Shown here: positions 47,680 to 59,795 of the stretch, one piece after another
Layout: each line of letters begins with the position of its first letter
Position numbering within the stretch: position 1 is the stretch's first letter
NCBI RefSeq assembly: GCF_030686945.1
Contig: NW_027122681.1
Coordinates: forward strand, 1,802,938 to 1,866,937
From: Centruroides vittatus
Lineage: Eukaryota
Length of the DNA stretch: 64,000 nt
Reading direction: 5' to 3'
Program-made: the position numbers and the translations under genes
Notes under the pieces: model-generated
Told to the model about the DNA's origin: nothing
Database searches by the model: none
What the model saw: only the letters and a program-made list of their open reading frames with translations

Positions 47680-48034
47680 CTTTTTAGTAACCATATACGA
47701 TACAATTCCCCCGTTATCAATGATTTTTCTCCTCAATCCTTGTTTCTCTTTCATTTTCATTGAGAGAGGCATATCTAAAACTATTTCATAGTCATTAAAT
47801 AATTTTCTTTCTATGTGTTTACATAAAATTTCTTCTTGACTTGGCGAATCTTCCACAATATTTTCCAAAACTTCTGCAATTTCCTTATTAAATGAACTTC
47901 TGTCTAGAATGTTCTTGGTTAATTTATCATTAAAAACTTCAGTTTTGTAATTTGAATCTCTCTGTAGTTTTCCAGAAAGACCCAAGAAAGGAGTCAAATT
48001 TCCAATAAATGTTTCAAGTAGTGCCATGTTTAAT
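47680..48034 (-). CDS. PARP4: PARP4-like exon: N-terminus and first half of the BRCT domain (…MALLETFIGNL…QGLRRKIIDNGGIVSYMVTKK)
   Basis: ORF 47668..48099 (minus) has an internal ATG at 48027 in Kozak context aaacATGG. The donor is AAAAAG|gtaagttt at 47680. The BRCT-like GG motif is present (RRKIIDNGGIVSY). Confidence 0.6.
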
Positions 48035-48189
48035 CTATAAAAACACAAAGAATTATAAATTATTATAATTAAAAGAAGCAGAATATTGATTACAAGCATT
48101 GTAACAAATTTTTATTATTAAATTAGAGTCAATAAATTAATTAAATCAATTATTTTATTCTAATAAATTTGATATTTACTTTATGTAAA

Positions 48190-48735
48190 ATATTTCCAAA
48201 CGAGCAATTATACATTGTGACAATACCACAATAAATAATGCACTTAAGTTTAGTAGTGTCTTACCCATGTGTACTGTACATCATACTTCTCCTGTTAACA
48301 AAGAAGTCATGCCAATTATCTATCTAACTCCGTTCAGGAAAAATTTTTGAATTGAAATAACATTACTTCAGACCCAAAACAGAAGTTTGTATATAGTATA
48401 CTGGCACAATGAAGTGACGCTTAGTCAACACTGGGCGAGTTTTTCCATCTTTATTTAGTTAGATAAACAAAAGACTAACTAAATAAAGATGGAAAACTTG
48501 CCCAGTGTTGATTAAGCATCACTTCATTGTGCCAGTATACCAAATACAAATAACAACACGGTTTCGACAGTACCAAAGTTTGTATATAGTTAATCAGAGC
48601 CTCCTGCCTCTAGGCTTTTTATATCTGATCTTGACTTTCATCTAATATTGTTCTTGATATTAAGGAAAGACAGACAGACAGTCGACAGTGGGAATTTATA
48701 GGTCATTTTTTCATATTGCAGACCAATAAACTGAC
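48190..48735. repeat. Copy of a recurrent composite SINE/foldback repeat, with its internal hairpin expanded to a ~150-bp near-perfect palindrome (48388-48545)
   Basis: Family motifs seen: the head tagtagtg(t/g)cttgcccct-tacatcatacttctcctgataacaa…tcatctatctaactc; the middle cagaagtttgtatatag / aagctttccatatctg; the tail gacagacagacaacagtgggaatttataggtctgcaatttgaaaattgtagcc. The palindrome reads tatactggcacaatgaagtgacgcttagtcaacactgggcgagtttttccatctttatttagtta|…|taactaaataaagatggaaaacttgcccagtgttgattaagcatcacttcattgtgccagtata. Confidence 0.6.
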
Positions 48736-50337
48736 CAAGCCTTTTTACTTATCATTAAAGAAGTTATCTTGCTTTATCAATGAAGTTAAATATATAAATG
48801 TTCTTTAAACTGTATCAAATATTTTTTTTCCACATATTTTTCAGAAATAAAATAAAATCCAAACAAATATAATTATCATGATATAGCAGCTCAACTTCCT
48901 ACCTGTAGACAAATTACTTCATATTTAATTATTAACTTAGGCTAATTGTAACCCAATAATTTAGCATACGGTTCAGCTCTAGTCAAAAATTGGGTTTGTT
49001 GAGTTATCGTTTATATATAAAACTGTCACTAACATTTCATATAAACAAGTTCATTTCAAAATGGATTCTTTTTCATTTTTCTTCAATACCTTCCTGTACA
49101 CCAATTATTTATTGTTAAATTTAATATTTAAGATAGCCAATATCTGACCAATCAAAAATAACAACTAGGCATCAGCCTACTGCTCTGAGGGCCATGGAGT
49201 CAAATCCAGATGGATAAAAACCCCCAAAAATTATGGATGATCTGTCCCAGAAGTGTCAAGTTTCATTCCTCACCATCCAGCAGCCCCATTTAAATCTAGA
49301 AAAATGGTCCTGCTAGTGATCACAGGACATAAAGAACAGGAAAAAACCAAATTTTTTAAAATTAGAATTTCGTAATAACAAATATATTTAAAATAGTTAC
49401 ATAACTATTTTTATACAAATATTATCATCTTGTATATTTCTATATATTGATAAAGTGATACATTTGTTTGTATTTAATTTGATGTTATTGTTTCCCACTT
49501 TATAATGATGATAAATAACATGTCATCATTAAACAATTATTACACATCTTTATATGTTTTGCAATTCATCCTAAATCTGACAAATTATCTAGAATCACAG
49601 ATTTGCAATAACTTTATAATAATTGCAATTTTTATAATTGATAATTAAATTATGAAATCATAAATATAAATTCATATAATTTTTAAACAATTTTTATTTT
49701 GGCTTTTTCCATCATTAAGAGAGACTTTTCCCAAACCCATCATGTAGAGCTGGAATTAGACTTGTTGTGGCCCTAAGCTATATAACCTGTAATTAGGCAC
49801 TTCTCCTCCACTAAATAATGATACACGAAATAATGTGAAGCCCTAAACCAGTGTTCCATGAACTTTTTGCAAGTGTTCTGCAAAATTATGAAAATGGCAT
49901 ACTAGCCGAAACTACGATTGAGGTTTAGCGTAAATTCGCAGCTTACAACCCAGACAAGGTGCAACATGCATTTTGCAGTGAACTATCTTTGTTACCTTTG
50001 CAAAGACAAGGAACTCATACTATATTCAAGCAATGTTCTTTGTATAGAGAATCCCTACTAGCAACATTAAAATCTACAATAGACAAAGTTGTAAATATGC
50101 TAAATTACATCAACCCAAGATTATTAAAAACATGACTTTTTAAAAAATTTGAATACCTATGGAACTCAGTATGTATCTTTACTTTTGCACATAGAAGTAA
50201 TATGGTTCTTCAGGGGTAAAATAATATGTCCATTTTTAGAACTTCAGAATTTTTTTTCTAAAATGAAGATACAAATTTGTCCTAAAAATAATATTTGGTT
50301 TAAAATCAATATTTGGTTTTCTAAAATGGCATATTTA

Positions 50338-50893
50338 TCTGATATGAACAGTCACAAACAAAACCTTTTTTTTACCAGTATTGAACTTAAACTAAAACTA
50401 AACTTCCGAATGTTTTCAGCCTTCACCAAGGCCTGCTTCAGATGCTGAACTAAATTGGCTTCCTACTTGGACTGTTAGAACAATGCTGTTCGATTTAACA
50501 TTGCATATATCAAATTTTATCCTTCTACCTGACTCCGCTCGAATTCCTAAAACAGGTAGCTCCACACATGCGCAATAGTCTCACTGTCTTTAAAGTTAAT
50601 ACAGTTGCCTCTTAAGTTGGCTTTATAAATCTCCAAGGCCTCCAGGTGGCGAATATGATCTATTTGAATTATTTGAATATGATCATCGAATTAATCTGGT
50701 GTTCTGGAAGTCCACACTAACTTCTGGGTTGGTGGCGTACATAGACAAGGCAGTGGTGTGTCTGTTGTTTGTAAGGTCGGATTGACGTTCACATATCATA
50801 TTGCGAGTTGAACGTATGGTTGAGCCAATATAAATTAAGTCCCTATAAATTAAGTTCAATACTGGTAAAAAAAGGTTTTGTTTGTGACTGTTC
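50338..50893. mobile_element. MITE-like element with ~50-bp terminal inverted repeats (tgaacagtcacaaacaaaaccttttttttaccagtattgaacttaa)
   Basis: 50341-50392 is approximately the reverse complement of 50840-50893. Confidence 0.55.
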
Positions 50894-51893
50894 ATTTCTC
50901 ACTCCAGTATTTATAAGAAGACTGTTATTTTATCTGATATTTTTAATTACTCAAATTGCATTAATACAAATGTGCTGAGAAAAAATGAAAATATTTTGAC
51001 ACCTAGTGACAAATGTCAGCATTTCAGGAAAAGTATTTCTTTGGAAATATCACATATTAGAAAAAATATAATACTTTTTTTCTTATTTATTTTTGTTATA
51101 ACAAAATATTTAACACTATTGAAAGTTATTTTCCTTCCTTAAATATAGAAAATTATGATTGGTTATGAAAGCCGTCTGGCAGGGTTAATACATCAAGTTG
51201 GGAATTTTCGATACAACAAGAACAATTGATCACCTCGTCAACAGATTGTATGTACATTAAAAACGAAATTCTCCTAACTCAAAAGTTTTGGATTTTTGCC
51301 CACGCAAATAACATTTTGTTCAGTTTTTATTAATGTTTGTATATTTGTTTTAGCTCAGATCTCACATTCACCAATATAAAAACTAAAAAACAAGAAAGAT
51401 TTACTAATATAAACGAAGAAATGAAAATAGCCGTGTCACATATTAGACTCGATATTGATATAATCTTCAAAATCCAAAAACTCATGTATTTATAATTAAT
51501 TTAAAGAAGTCCCATTTTCATAAAATGTTATTCTCATTACAGTTTTTACAAATGTAATATTTTAAATTAATGTCATTTTACTTTTACTTATTCCTTGACG
51601 TGATCTAACTCACGTGTATTGGGTTGATAATCGGTTCAGATAGCCTTTACCCATTTGGGTAATCCTATTTCACACTGAGTACGATTATATGTCGGTGGCC
51701 GACTCGTAAGGACCAATCGTAACGGGTGTTAGAAATCGTTTGGTAGAAGTTTATTTTATCGACACCAACGTTTTTCTTCTTAATTATATTTATAATAGAG
51801 ACATACATGCTAGACATGTCCAAAACACATCGAATATATGAAGGGCAACTCATTTAAAAAACGCTATAAACAAAAAATCATAGGACTACTTAC

Positions 51894-51910
51894 CGACTGT
51901 GCACCGCCAT
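51894..51910 (-). CDS. Putative first coding exon of the PARP4-like gene (M-A-V-H-S-R..., 17 nt, then GTAAGT donor)
   Basis: Minus strand reads caagctaaagcgATGGCGGTGCACAGTCG|gtaagtag. It lies in a CpG-rich region with three CACGTG E-boxes. Its phase-2 end joins in frame to a tttttatag acceptor 7 nt upstream of the exon-A ATG (CG+A = Arg, then L-N-M-A-L-L-E-T-F). It could instead be 5' UTR with an in-frame upstream ATG. Confidence 0.35.
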
Positions 51911-51959
51911 CGCTTTAGCTTGTTTTGGTCGTGGAGCTACACATTGGAGGGCGGACGCG

Positions 51960-52100
51960 CACACAGCGTGTCACGTGACCTGGATTCGACGTCAGTCGCT
52001 CACGTGACTACAGCTCTGACGCGTTTCCGGACAACTTTTTCTTGTGGCGGAAGAATTCGTTCTGTTTGCACTATACCTCGCAGGCGTCACGTGATAGAGT
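51960..52100 (-). promoter_or_regulatory. CpG-rich core promoter with three palindromic E-boxes (CACGTG at 51972, 52001, 52088) and a CRE-like TGACGTCA half-site (51988), upstream of putative exon 1
   Basis: The sequence reads gtgtcacgtgacctggattcgacgtcagtcgctcacgtgactac…gcgtcacgtgatag. It is GC-rich in an otherwise roughly 25% GC region and lies immediately 5' of the ATG…GTAAGT first exon. An identical copy lies in inverted orientation at 58575-58715. Confidence 0.45.
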
Positions 52101-54751
52101 AAAGACACCCTACGGTGCCCACATTAATAGCGGTGCTTCGCTGGGCTGCTGTTTGTAGACATTTGCGAACGACGGTGAAAAAAAAGAGACGCCCGTAATA
52201 TCGTGATCTATAATTTTAAAATATGCGTTTTTAGAGAGAAAATTTAAAAGATGGGTTCCAATAGCATCCAAAGTAGCTGCGAAAAAAACTCGAGACGACA
52301 CTTATATATATTGACGCGCGTTTTCACAACTTGTAAATTTTCATTCATAAAACTACATAATGGACACAAAAACCCGCGTGGACAGCCCGCGGACCAGTTT
52401 GACGAACTTTGCTTAGTTACGCTTCCGTAACACCGTAACATTCTATAACGAAATTCACAAGCTAAGGTTTGACAACGACGATTTATTTTTCGAGATTAAC
52501 TTGTTAAAAAGAGAACAATCAAATTACTTTAAAATTCAGATTAAATGTTTATAACTATAAATTTATAAACACGTATGTTTTACATAGCCTAACTAATCCT
52601 TTAAATTTAAAAATGTAAAGTTATATAACAATAATTTATATGTAAGATGTGGATCAATAGGCTACTACATAAAGACTTTTCTGTTTGGTAATGTTTTACT
52701 TAAAAACAACAGATGCAACACGCGTCAGAGCGAAGTTCTCACACCCAGTTTTTTTTTCATTCCAATACCTCGCGGACAAATACTTTTGTGAATTAAAATA
52801 AAAGTAATGATACGGCGGATCACAGTTTGAGTACGTCCGGTTAGACCGCCAGCGACTTTCTTTTAATTTCTTTTATGAATCGCACAAATTTTATTTTTTA
52901 TCAGACTTTTCAATTAAATACGCAAATATCTGCAGCTTTTAACACCAAAAGGTATACAAAAATGATTCCATATTGAAAGAAATCGGAAGTAACGTAGTTG
53001 ACAGAAAATTGCCAACCCGGATGTATTTAAAGAACGAATAACGTAACCTTTCTAGATATTTGGTGAATTCTTAATGCCTAAATGTAACGAAAGCGTTTGC
53101 CTGGTAAAAGTTGTGCTCGATATCTAAAAAGGTTTGGTTATTCATTTTTTAGTAACGCCGGCTTAAAAACAAATCTTTAAACTTGGAAATTTTTCCTACT
53201 GCTTCGAGTCGAATAAAGTCGGATAAATGAAAGACTTCTGAACGCGTTAAGCGACAATCAATCCTAAAAAACAGTAAAATCTTATAATTTACTTGTGGTT
53301 GTAGCACCCTTAAATCTTTTCTAGAAAATTACTCTTTTAAAAGAGATTTTGTAGAAAAAGTAGTGTATATTTTTAATATTACTGTTAACGGTTAAACGTT
53401 TAAGAAAGGAATACAAACACAGCATGAAGTAACGTAAAACATGTATTATGTTACATAATTCATTTTTACATAAATATTTACATATACAAGCACCATAATG
53501 CGAGTCCATTTCGAAAACTGCGCAGATAAAGTTTTCTTGTACTGTGTAGACTCAGGAAATAACAAAAATGACACATTTTCACGAATTGCTCGTAAGCAAA
53601 ACATAGAGAATACATTGAGGGAAAAATAGTTTTTTTTAATGATGTTAGTAAACTTGTAGGCCTTATACTAAATGAACAAGGAACAATATCGTCTGCTTGG
53701 ATTAATTAAAGTATTTTCTTCAACTATCACTATTCTAGCTGTACAGTACATATGACACACATGACAGTAATTCTCTCTTTAGGTAGGAGTAGCTGACCAT
53801 TTACAGTCCAGCAGGGGATCCATTTCAGAATGAGTGTAAATGGAGTATAAAGTAATGAAATTTAAGTTCTATTTTCTTTAAGGTGACCAGATTTTAACAT
53901 TTGTGAAGCGGGACAAAATTGACGGGGGAGTAGGAAGTTGTTGTCTTCTTGAAAAAAATTGTTCTAGATCAAAATTTTATTATCAAAGAACGCAAAAATT
54001 GTATTGTTATATTTTTTTAAATTTCAATGTATGTAAAATTTACAAATATAATAAATTTAGATACTATTATAAATCTTTAAAAACTCTTCTTTTTTCGCAT
54101 ATTTCTCAGTCGAGTGAATTTTTTAGTAGATTGCTGTCGTTTAAAATGTCATTAAATTTTTCGCAAGAGTTTAAATTATATTTCACACATAATATGGCTT
54201 TCAAAGTCTCAACACTTAATTGTGATTAATCAGATATCCACGAAAGCGCCCTTATTAAACTTGTAAATAAAACAGTGTTAATCTAAAATTTTACATAGTT
54301 GTATCGAAGAATATTTACAGTATTATATTATGAAATGAAATTTTACTAGTAACGTCTAAAACTGTTTTAAAATGTATTTATTTGATGTTTCAATAAATTT
54401 TCTTAACTATTTTCTATCTGAAATAAGATTTCTCCTTCTGCAGTAAATGTAATATTTTCTAAATGAATGAAATAAAATAAAACTAAGTTCGTACTTTAAT
54501 ACGTTTATACGCGCTTCAGCGCTTCTTATACTTAATCATTTAGTATAATCAGGGATGGGCAACCTTTTTCTATGTAACGGCCGTATTTAAAAACTTTTGA
54601 ACTAACGCGGGCTCCAAACGAGAGAAAAGAGAAAAAAGAAATGCCAGTAAATCGCAATTATTTATTAATATGTAATCATAAATTAGCATAGCTGCTTTTT
54701 AATATTTATATAAACGATATTATAGAAACCATTCCCGAAAATAATAATATA

Positions 54752-55237
54752 TTGTTGGCAGAAGATATTGTTATAACCTATGCGGGTTGGAATCTTCAAT
54801 TAATTAAAAATAACATGAATTTATTGTTGGCTAAATTAATTAAATATATGGTGAATAATAACTTTAGAATACATGAGAATAAAACAAAATATGTTTATTT
54901 ATCAAATAAGAACAAAAAAGTCAACTTAGATGATATACAAGTAAGAATTAATAATAAACGTATTCAAAGAGTTAATACCGTAAAACATTTCGGTATTGAA
55001 ATTGATGATAAATTACGATGGAACAATCATATAAATAATCTAACATTGTCTTTATCTAGATTTATTGGAATATTAAAAAGAATACTGAGTTTCATAAATT
55101 TTGAGACTGTTTTGCGTTTATATCACGCTTGTATGGAACCAAACTTCGATATGGTATTTCCATATGGGATACAGCTTCTGGCTGGCAGGAAAAAATCTTA
55201 TATATATTCATATTTCAAACATTTTTTTGAAGTTTAA
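54752..55237 (+). mobile_element. LINE RT C-terminal fragment (…AEDIVITYAG…VKHFGIEIDDKLRWNNHINNL…LYHACMEPNFD)
   Basis: ORF 54752..55237 shows the conserved post-YxDD LINE RT motifs (ADDIVI; KYLG-I-D-KL-W; LY-x-P). Confidence 0.6.
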
Positions 55238-57779
55238 ATAAATGTTTGGCTTATATTATAGTTCAGAAGCTTAGTTATTAGTAATTATTCTTAATCTTAA
55301 GCTTAGTATAAGATTCTAGCTAATATTATTCTTAATCTTAACTCATCACTTATATAATAAGTGATAAGTTAAATAAACACCTTAGGACCTCTAACTATAA
55401 CTGTCAATGAAAAAAAAAAATTTGATTCTACCAAGAGTTTAGCACTGTTTTGGCGAGATGCACCGATCTACCGACTGATGTATAACTGGAATTCTTTAAA
55501 AGCATATAAAGATCTGAGAACTTATGGGCAATTTAAACAAGTTGTTAAAAAATTGAACGATGTCTAATTTTGTGTATTATTTATTTTTGTTGTTCTTTTT
55601 TTGTTTGTTGATTGTTTATTTTCTGTATATGTATTTTTGTCGACACTTGGAAAAAGCCAATGGCCATAATGTCGTTTAGTCAAATAAACAAATAAATAAA
55701 CATATACTGTACTTAATTTAGCTTCTAGAAATGATGTAAACGTTATATATCAGAAATGTTTGGTTAAATATTAGTCACTGCTAGTTTTAAATTATTTTCG
55801 ATGTGTCTGCTAGCCGGTTTCTTGTTTTAATTCTTACTAAATTCATTACGAAAAACTATTCACATGAAAAAGTTGTAGAAAATAATCTAATTCACAAAAC
55901 AACACATTTACTTATAGCTGAGACAATTTTATTGAGAAAACTAACGTTTTCGGCTTACTCAAGAAGCCATCTTCAGGTTTTAACTTTCGAAAAAAGGAAC
56001 ATTATCATTCCATTAAAAGAATACAATTATTTGAAAAAATTCAAACCATTAGTAACGGACAAAAATAAAAAATAAAAACAAAAAGAAAGAACATGGTAAT
56101 ATAAATAAATAAATATACAATAAAATCGTTATAGTGGGAATAAGAAGTAAAAAAAACGAAAATAAAAATGATTCCACTGGTGATACTTTTTTAAAAAAGT
56201 GGCAGGTGTTGTTTTGTGAATTAGACTAATTATTGGCTGAGCTAGTATCTGCTTTATGTAGAAAATAACGTTGGAATTTTTGCTGCATACTTCCTTAAGC
56301 TGGGAAATTGATGTATTTATTCAAATATTTTACACATTTTAGGCGTCTAATTAGTCGAGTTCAAATTCCCAAAACTTGTAAAACTGTCAGTGGACCTTCA
56401 AAGGATTCCACTCAAACGTTATAAAGAGTCTGTAATGAAGATTGACAGGTAGCTATGGGGTGTAAGAAAACAAATTATTTTTCCAAATAATTTCAAAAGA
56501 AAATATTTTAATTAATCCAAGCAGACGATATTATTATTACGAGTTACACCCGCAATATTCTGATACCAATTTCATCAAAGAATTAACTGACAACAAATAC
56601 TGTATACGTAACGATCGAAGATAAATTACAATATAACGTTCACATTAAACACTTCCCATATGGTCAAATTTTATAAAAATAATTTTATTTACAAGCTTAG
56701 GAATGCGATTAGGCAAGACCTCGAATGGGATTTTAGTTAACCTCTGAATAACAGAAAAACGTAATTCTCGTGCGCATGTTTGTTCTTGTAAATCATTAAC
56801 ATTTTAACTATTGCGATAGCAAATACCTATAAATTAATAATTATCATCTGTATTTTATCAATCGTCACCATTTCTGTGCTTCTCATAACCATGTAAGTTA
56901 AAAAATTTTACAAATTTTGTAACAGTGCAACTAAACAGTTACATGACAGAGTTGATAAGGGACTCGAAGTTCGAAAAATGCATACTCTAGGGGAAAAAAT
57001 GTGATTTTCTAAAGCTTGTCCTGTTTCTAATTGATGGTATAATAAGTCTAGCGAGAAAGATCTACATTGCGCATTTTAAATAACTAAACTTTATAAAATA
57101 ACGTGTTTTTAAAAAGACGCTCTTTTAAAAATAATTCTGTGTTGACGAGTCATTTCTCTTCGTCATTGTCATCCTTTGAAATAAAAAAGTATCATATACG
57201 TATTTTGATTTTGAACTAATAGGAAAGGCATCTTGATTTGGCTTTCTTGGTTTGACGGCACGATTATAACAAACAGTATCGTGTAACTTCTTACGTTCGA
57301 GTCGTGTATTGTCTGCCACTTAATACATGTTTGAATCAGTTTTTAATTACTTTGCCTATTTACGATATTTAAATAAAAATGTGAGTTTTACTCCTTCCAC
57401 CTTTTCCTAGCCAAAATTGTAATTTTTTCGATCACCGATATGAAATTTCGTTACGCATTGTTCCCGTGAGTGAAGTTGTATCTTACCAAACTAAGATATT
57501 AATTACAATATTCATTGGGCTAGTCCATGTTTAGATTTTTTAATTCCTATTACTTTTATCTTTTTTAGGTGAAATATAAACGTGTACTGTTTAGTAACGA
57601 AATAGTTTTATTGTCGGCATATTCTTATCCACGTTCTAAACTAGATTTATTATATCAGTCGAATAGGAATTACACGATATTCAGGAAGTCGTCATTTTTT
57701 ATTTCATTTATACATCTTTAATTTTAACATTATCAATCATAAATTGATTTGTCTATGATAACTATAACTTATTTTATAA

Positions 57780-58935
57780 TATGCGATTCATAAAAGAAAT
57801 TAAAAGAAAGTCGCTGGCGGTCTAACCGGACGTACTCAAACTGTGATCCGCCGTATCATTACTTTTATTTTAATTCACAAAAGTATTTGTCCGCGAGGTA
57901 TTGGAATGAAAAAAAAACTGGGTGTGAGAACTTCGCTCTGACGCGTGTTGCGTCTGTTGTTTTTAAGTAAAACATTACCAAACAGAAAAGTCTTTATGTA
58001 GTAGCCTATTGATCCACATCTTACATATAAATTATTGTTATATAACTTTACATTTTTAAATTTAAAGGATTAGTTAGGCTATGTAAAACATACGTGTTTA
58101 TAAATTTATAGTTATAAACATTTAATCTGAATTTTAAAGTAATTTGATTGTTCTCTTTTTAACAAGTTAATCTCGAAAAATAAATCGTCGTTGTCAAACC
58201 TTAGCTTGTGAATTTCGTTATAGAATGTTACGGTGTTACGGAAGCGTAACTAAGCAAAGTTCGTCAAACTGGTCCGCGGGCTGTCCGCGCGGGTTTTTGT
58301 GTCCATTATGTAGTTTTATGAATGAAAATTTACAAGTTGTGAAAACGCGCGTCAATATATATAAGTGTCGTCTCGAGTTTTTTTCGCAGCTACTTTGGAT
58401 GCTATTGGAACCCATCTTTTAAATTTTCTCTCTAAAAACGCATATTTTAAAATTATAGATCACGATATTACGGGCGTCTCTTTTTTTTCACCGTCGTTCG
58501 CAAATGTCTACAAACAGCAGCCCAGCGAAGCACCGCTATTAATGTGGGCACCGTAGGGTGTCTTTACTCTATCACGTGACGCCTGCGAGGTATAGTGCAA
58601 ACAGAACGAATTCTTCCGCCACAAGAAAAAGTTGTCCGGAAACGCGTCAGAGCTGTAGTCACGTGAGCGACTGACGTCGAATCCAGGTCACGTGACACGC
58701 TGTGTGCGCGTCCGCCCTCCAATGTGTAGCTCCACGACCAAAACAAGCTAAAGCGATGGCGGTGCACAGTCGGTAAGTAGTCCTATGATTTTTTGTTTAT
58801 AGCGTTTTTTAAATGAGTTGCCCTTCATATATTCGATGTGTTTTGGACATGTCTAGCATGTATGTCTCTATTATAAATATAATTAAGAAGAAAAACGTTG
58901 GTGTCGATAAAATAAACTTCTACCAATCGTTTTAA
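57780..58935. repeat. Right arm of the inverted duplication (reverse complement of 51725-52880); spacer 52881-57779 (4.9 kb)
   Basis: See the left arm. The spacer contains a LINE RT fragment (54752-55237). Confidence 0.85.
58756..58772 (+). CDS. Duplicate copy of the putative first coding exon (ATGGCGGTGCACAGTCG|gtaagtag), plus-strand, in the right arm of the inverted duplication
   Basis: Identical to the minus-strand copy at 51894-51910, with the same E-box promoter immediately upstream (58575-58715). The downstream acceptor exon was not identified. Confidence 0.25.
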
Positions 58936-59029
58936 TATGATCTTATTTCGTTTATAAATTCTTACGAAAAGTCTAAATAATACCATCTTTTCTCGTTACG
59001 TCGATAATGTTTTTTAATATAAGGAAATG

Positions 59030-59160
59030 GTTAGTAAGTTTACAAGCGGTTACAGTGGCAGTCGCGCGCGATATCCTAGCAAAGCGACGGGAGCCGCGAC
59101 CTCACGCGCGATACTCTTAGCAGAGCGACGCGCGCCGCAATCTCGCGCGACCCGATTTTG
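59030..59160. repeat. CpG-dense tandem duplication (cgcgcgata(t/c)c-tagca(a/g)agcgacg…gccgc(g/a)a(c/t)ctc(a/g)cgcg)
   Basis: Two tandem units of about 60 bp, strongly CpG-rich, in an AT-rich context. Confidence 0.4.
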
Positions 59161-59539
59161 CGGGTAAATAAAAATGCGTATTATTTTCGTTAAAGTTATT
59201 TATTAATAATTATCTACGTTATTGAAATATTAATATAGCCATAAAAATGGTTGGAATTCGAAACCAACGAATAAATTATTGCTTTAAGTAATCTTTATAA
59301 CAGAAACTAAAAATAGTATCGATATTTTAATTTATTTTATTATATACTATAATTAATATTAATAATCGAAGACTTAGAAATCGTTTAATTCTATTAAATT
59401 GTCCTTTCTTTTAAACTGCTCGAATTGCCCTTTCTTTTTCCTTTACTCGGATCGAGTCGATTAAGCCTAAAGCTGTATTAAAAGCGGTATTAAAGGTGGT
59501 CGCTCTCGCTCGTTTACCTCGCTTTCGTTTCGAAGAATA

Positions 59540-59795
59540 ATTGGTAAGGAGGGGGGACCCCCCAAATTATAGACCCCCCTGTGCGAAAACAAAGGGAAAA
59601 ACAAAATTTTGGTATATTACGTAGGTGTCACGTGACCGGGATGACGTAGGTATAGTCCTCCCGATTCGATGGCGCGGCCCGATTTTGGGGGGGCTATATC
59701 TCGTGAGGGGTCGCCCGTAGGGGTGTGGTTCATTAGACATTTTTTGATCGCACAGGGGGGGGTCTATCGTTTGGGGGGTTAACCCCCCCCTTCCC
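59540..59795. repeat. Short inverted-repeat element built from G/C homopolymer runs (gggggaccccccaaattatagacccccctgtgcg … cgcacaggggggggtctat…gggggttaaccccccccc), enclosing an E-box + CRE-like site (gtgtcacgtgaccgggatgacgtagg)
   Basis: atagacccccctgtgcg (59567-59583) matches the reverse complement of cgcacaggggggggtctat (59748-59766). There are multiple G6-8/C6-9 runs. Confidence 0.45.

Larger units (their letters stand above)
51725..52880. repeat. Left arm of a ~1.15-kb near-identical inverted duplication (partner 57780-58935)
   Basis: Three six-frame ORFs are amino-acid identical between the arms on opposite strands (51899..52102+ = 58564..58767-; 52110..52301- = 58365..58556+; 52244..52441- = 58225..58422+). 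Outer boundaries are near the tggtagaagtttatt sequence; inner boundaries are near gaatcgcac/gaatcgcat. Confidence 0.85.

Noticed and set aside
53903-56075. ORFs 53903..54229 and 55803..56075
   Set aside because: They are AT-rich, low-complexity (N/K/Y/F-rich) and without domain signal. They are chance ORFs in intergenic or TE-derived sequence.
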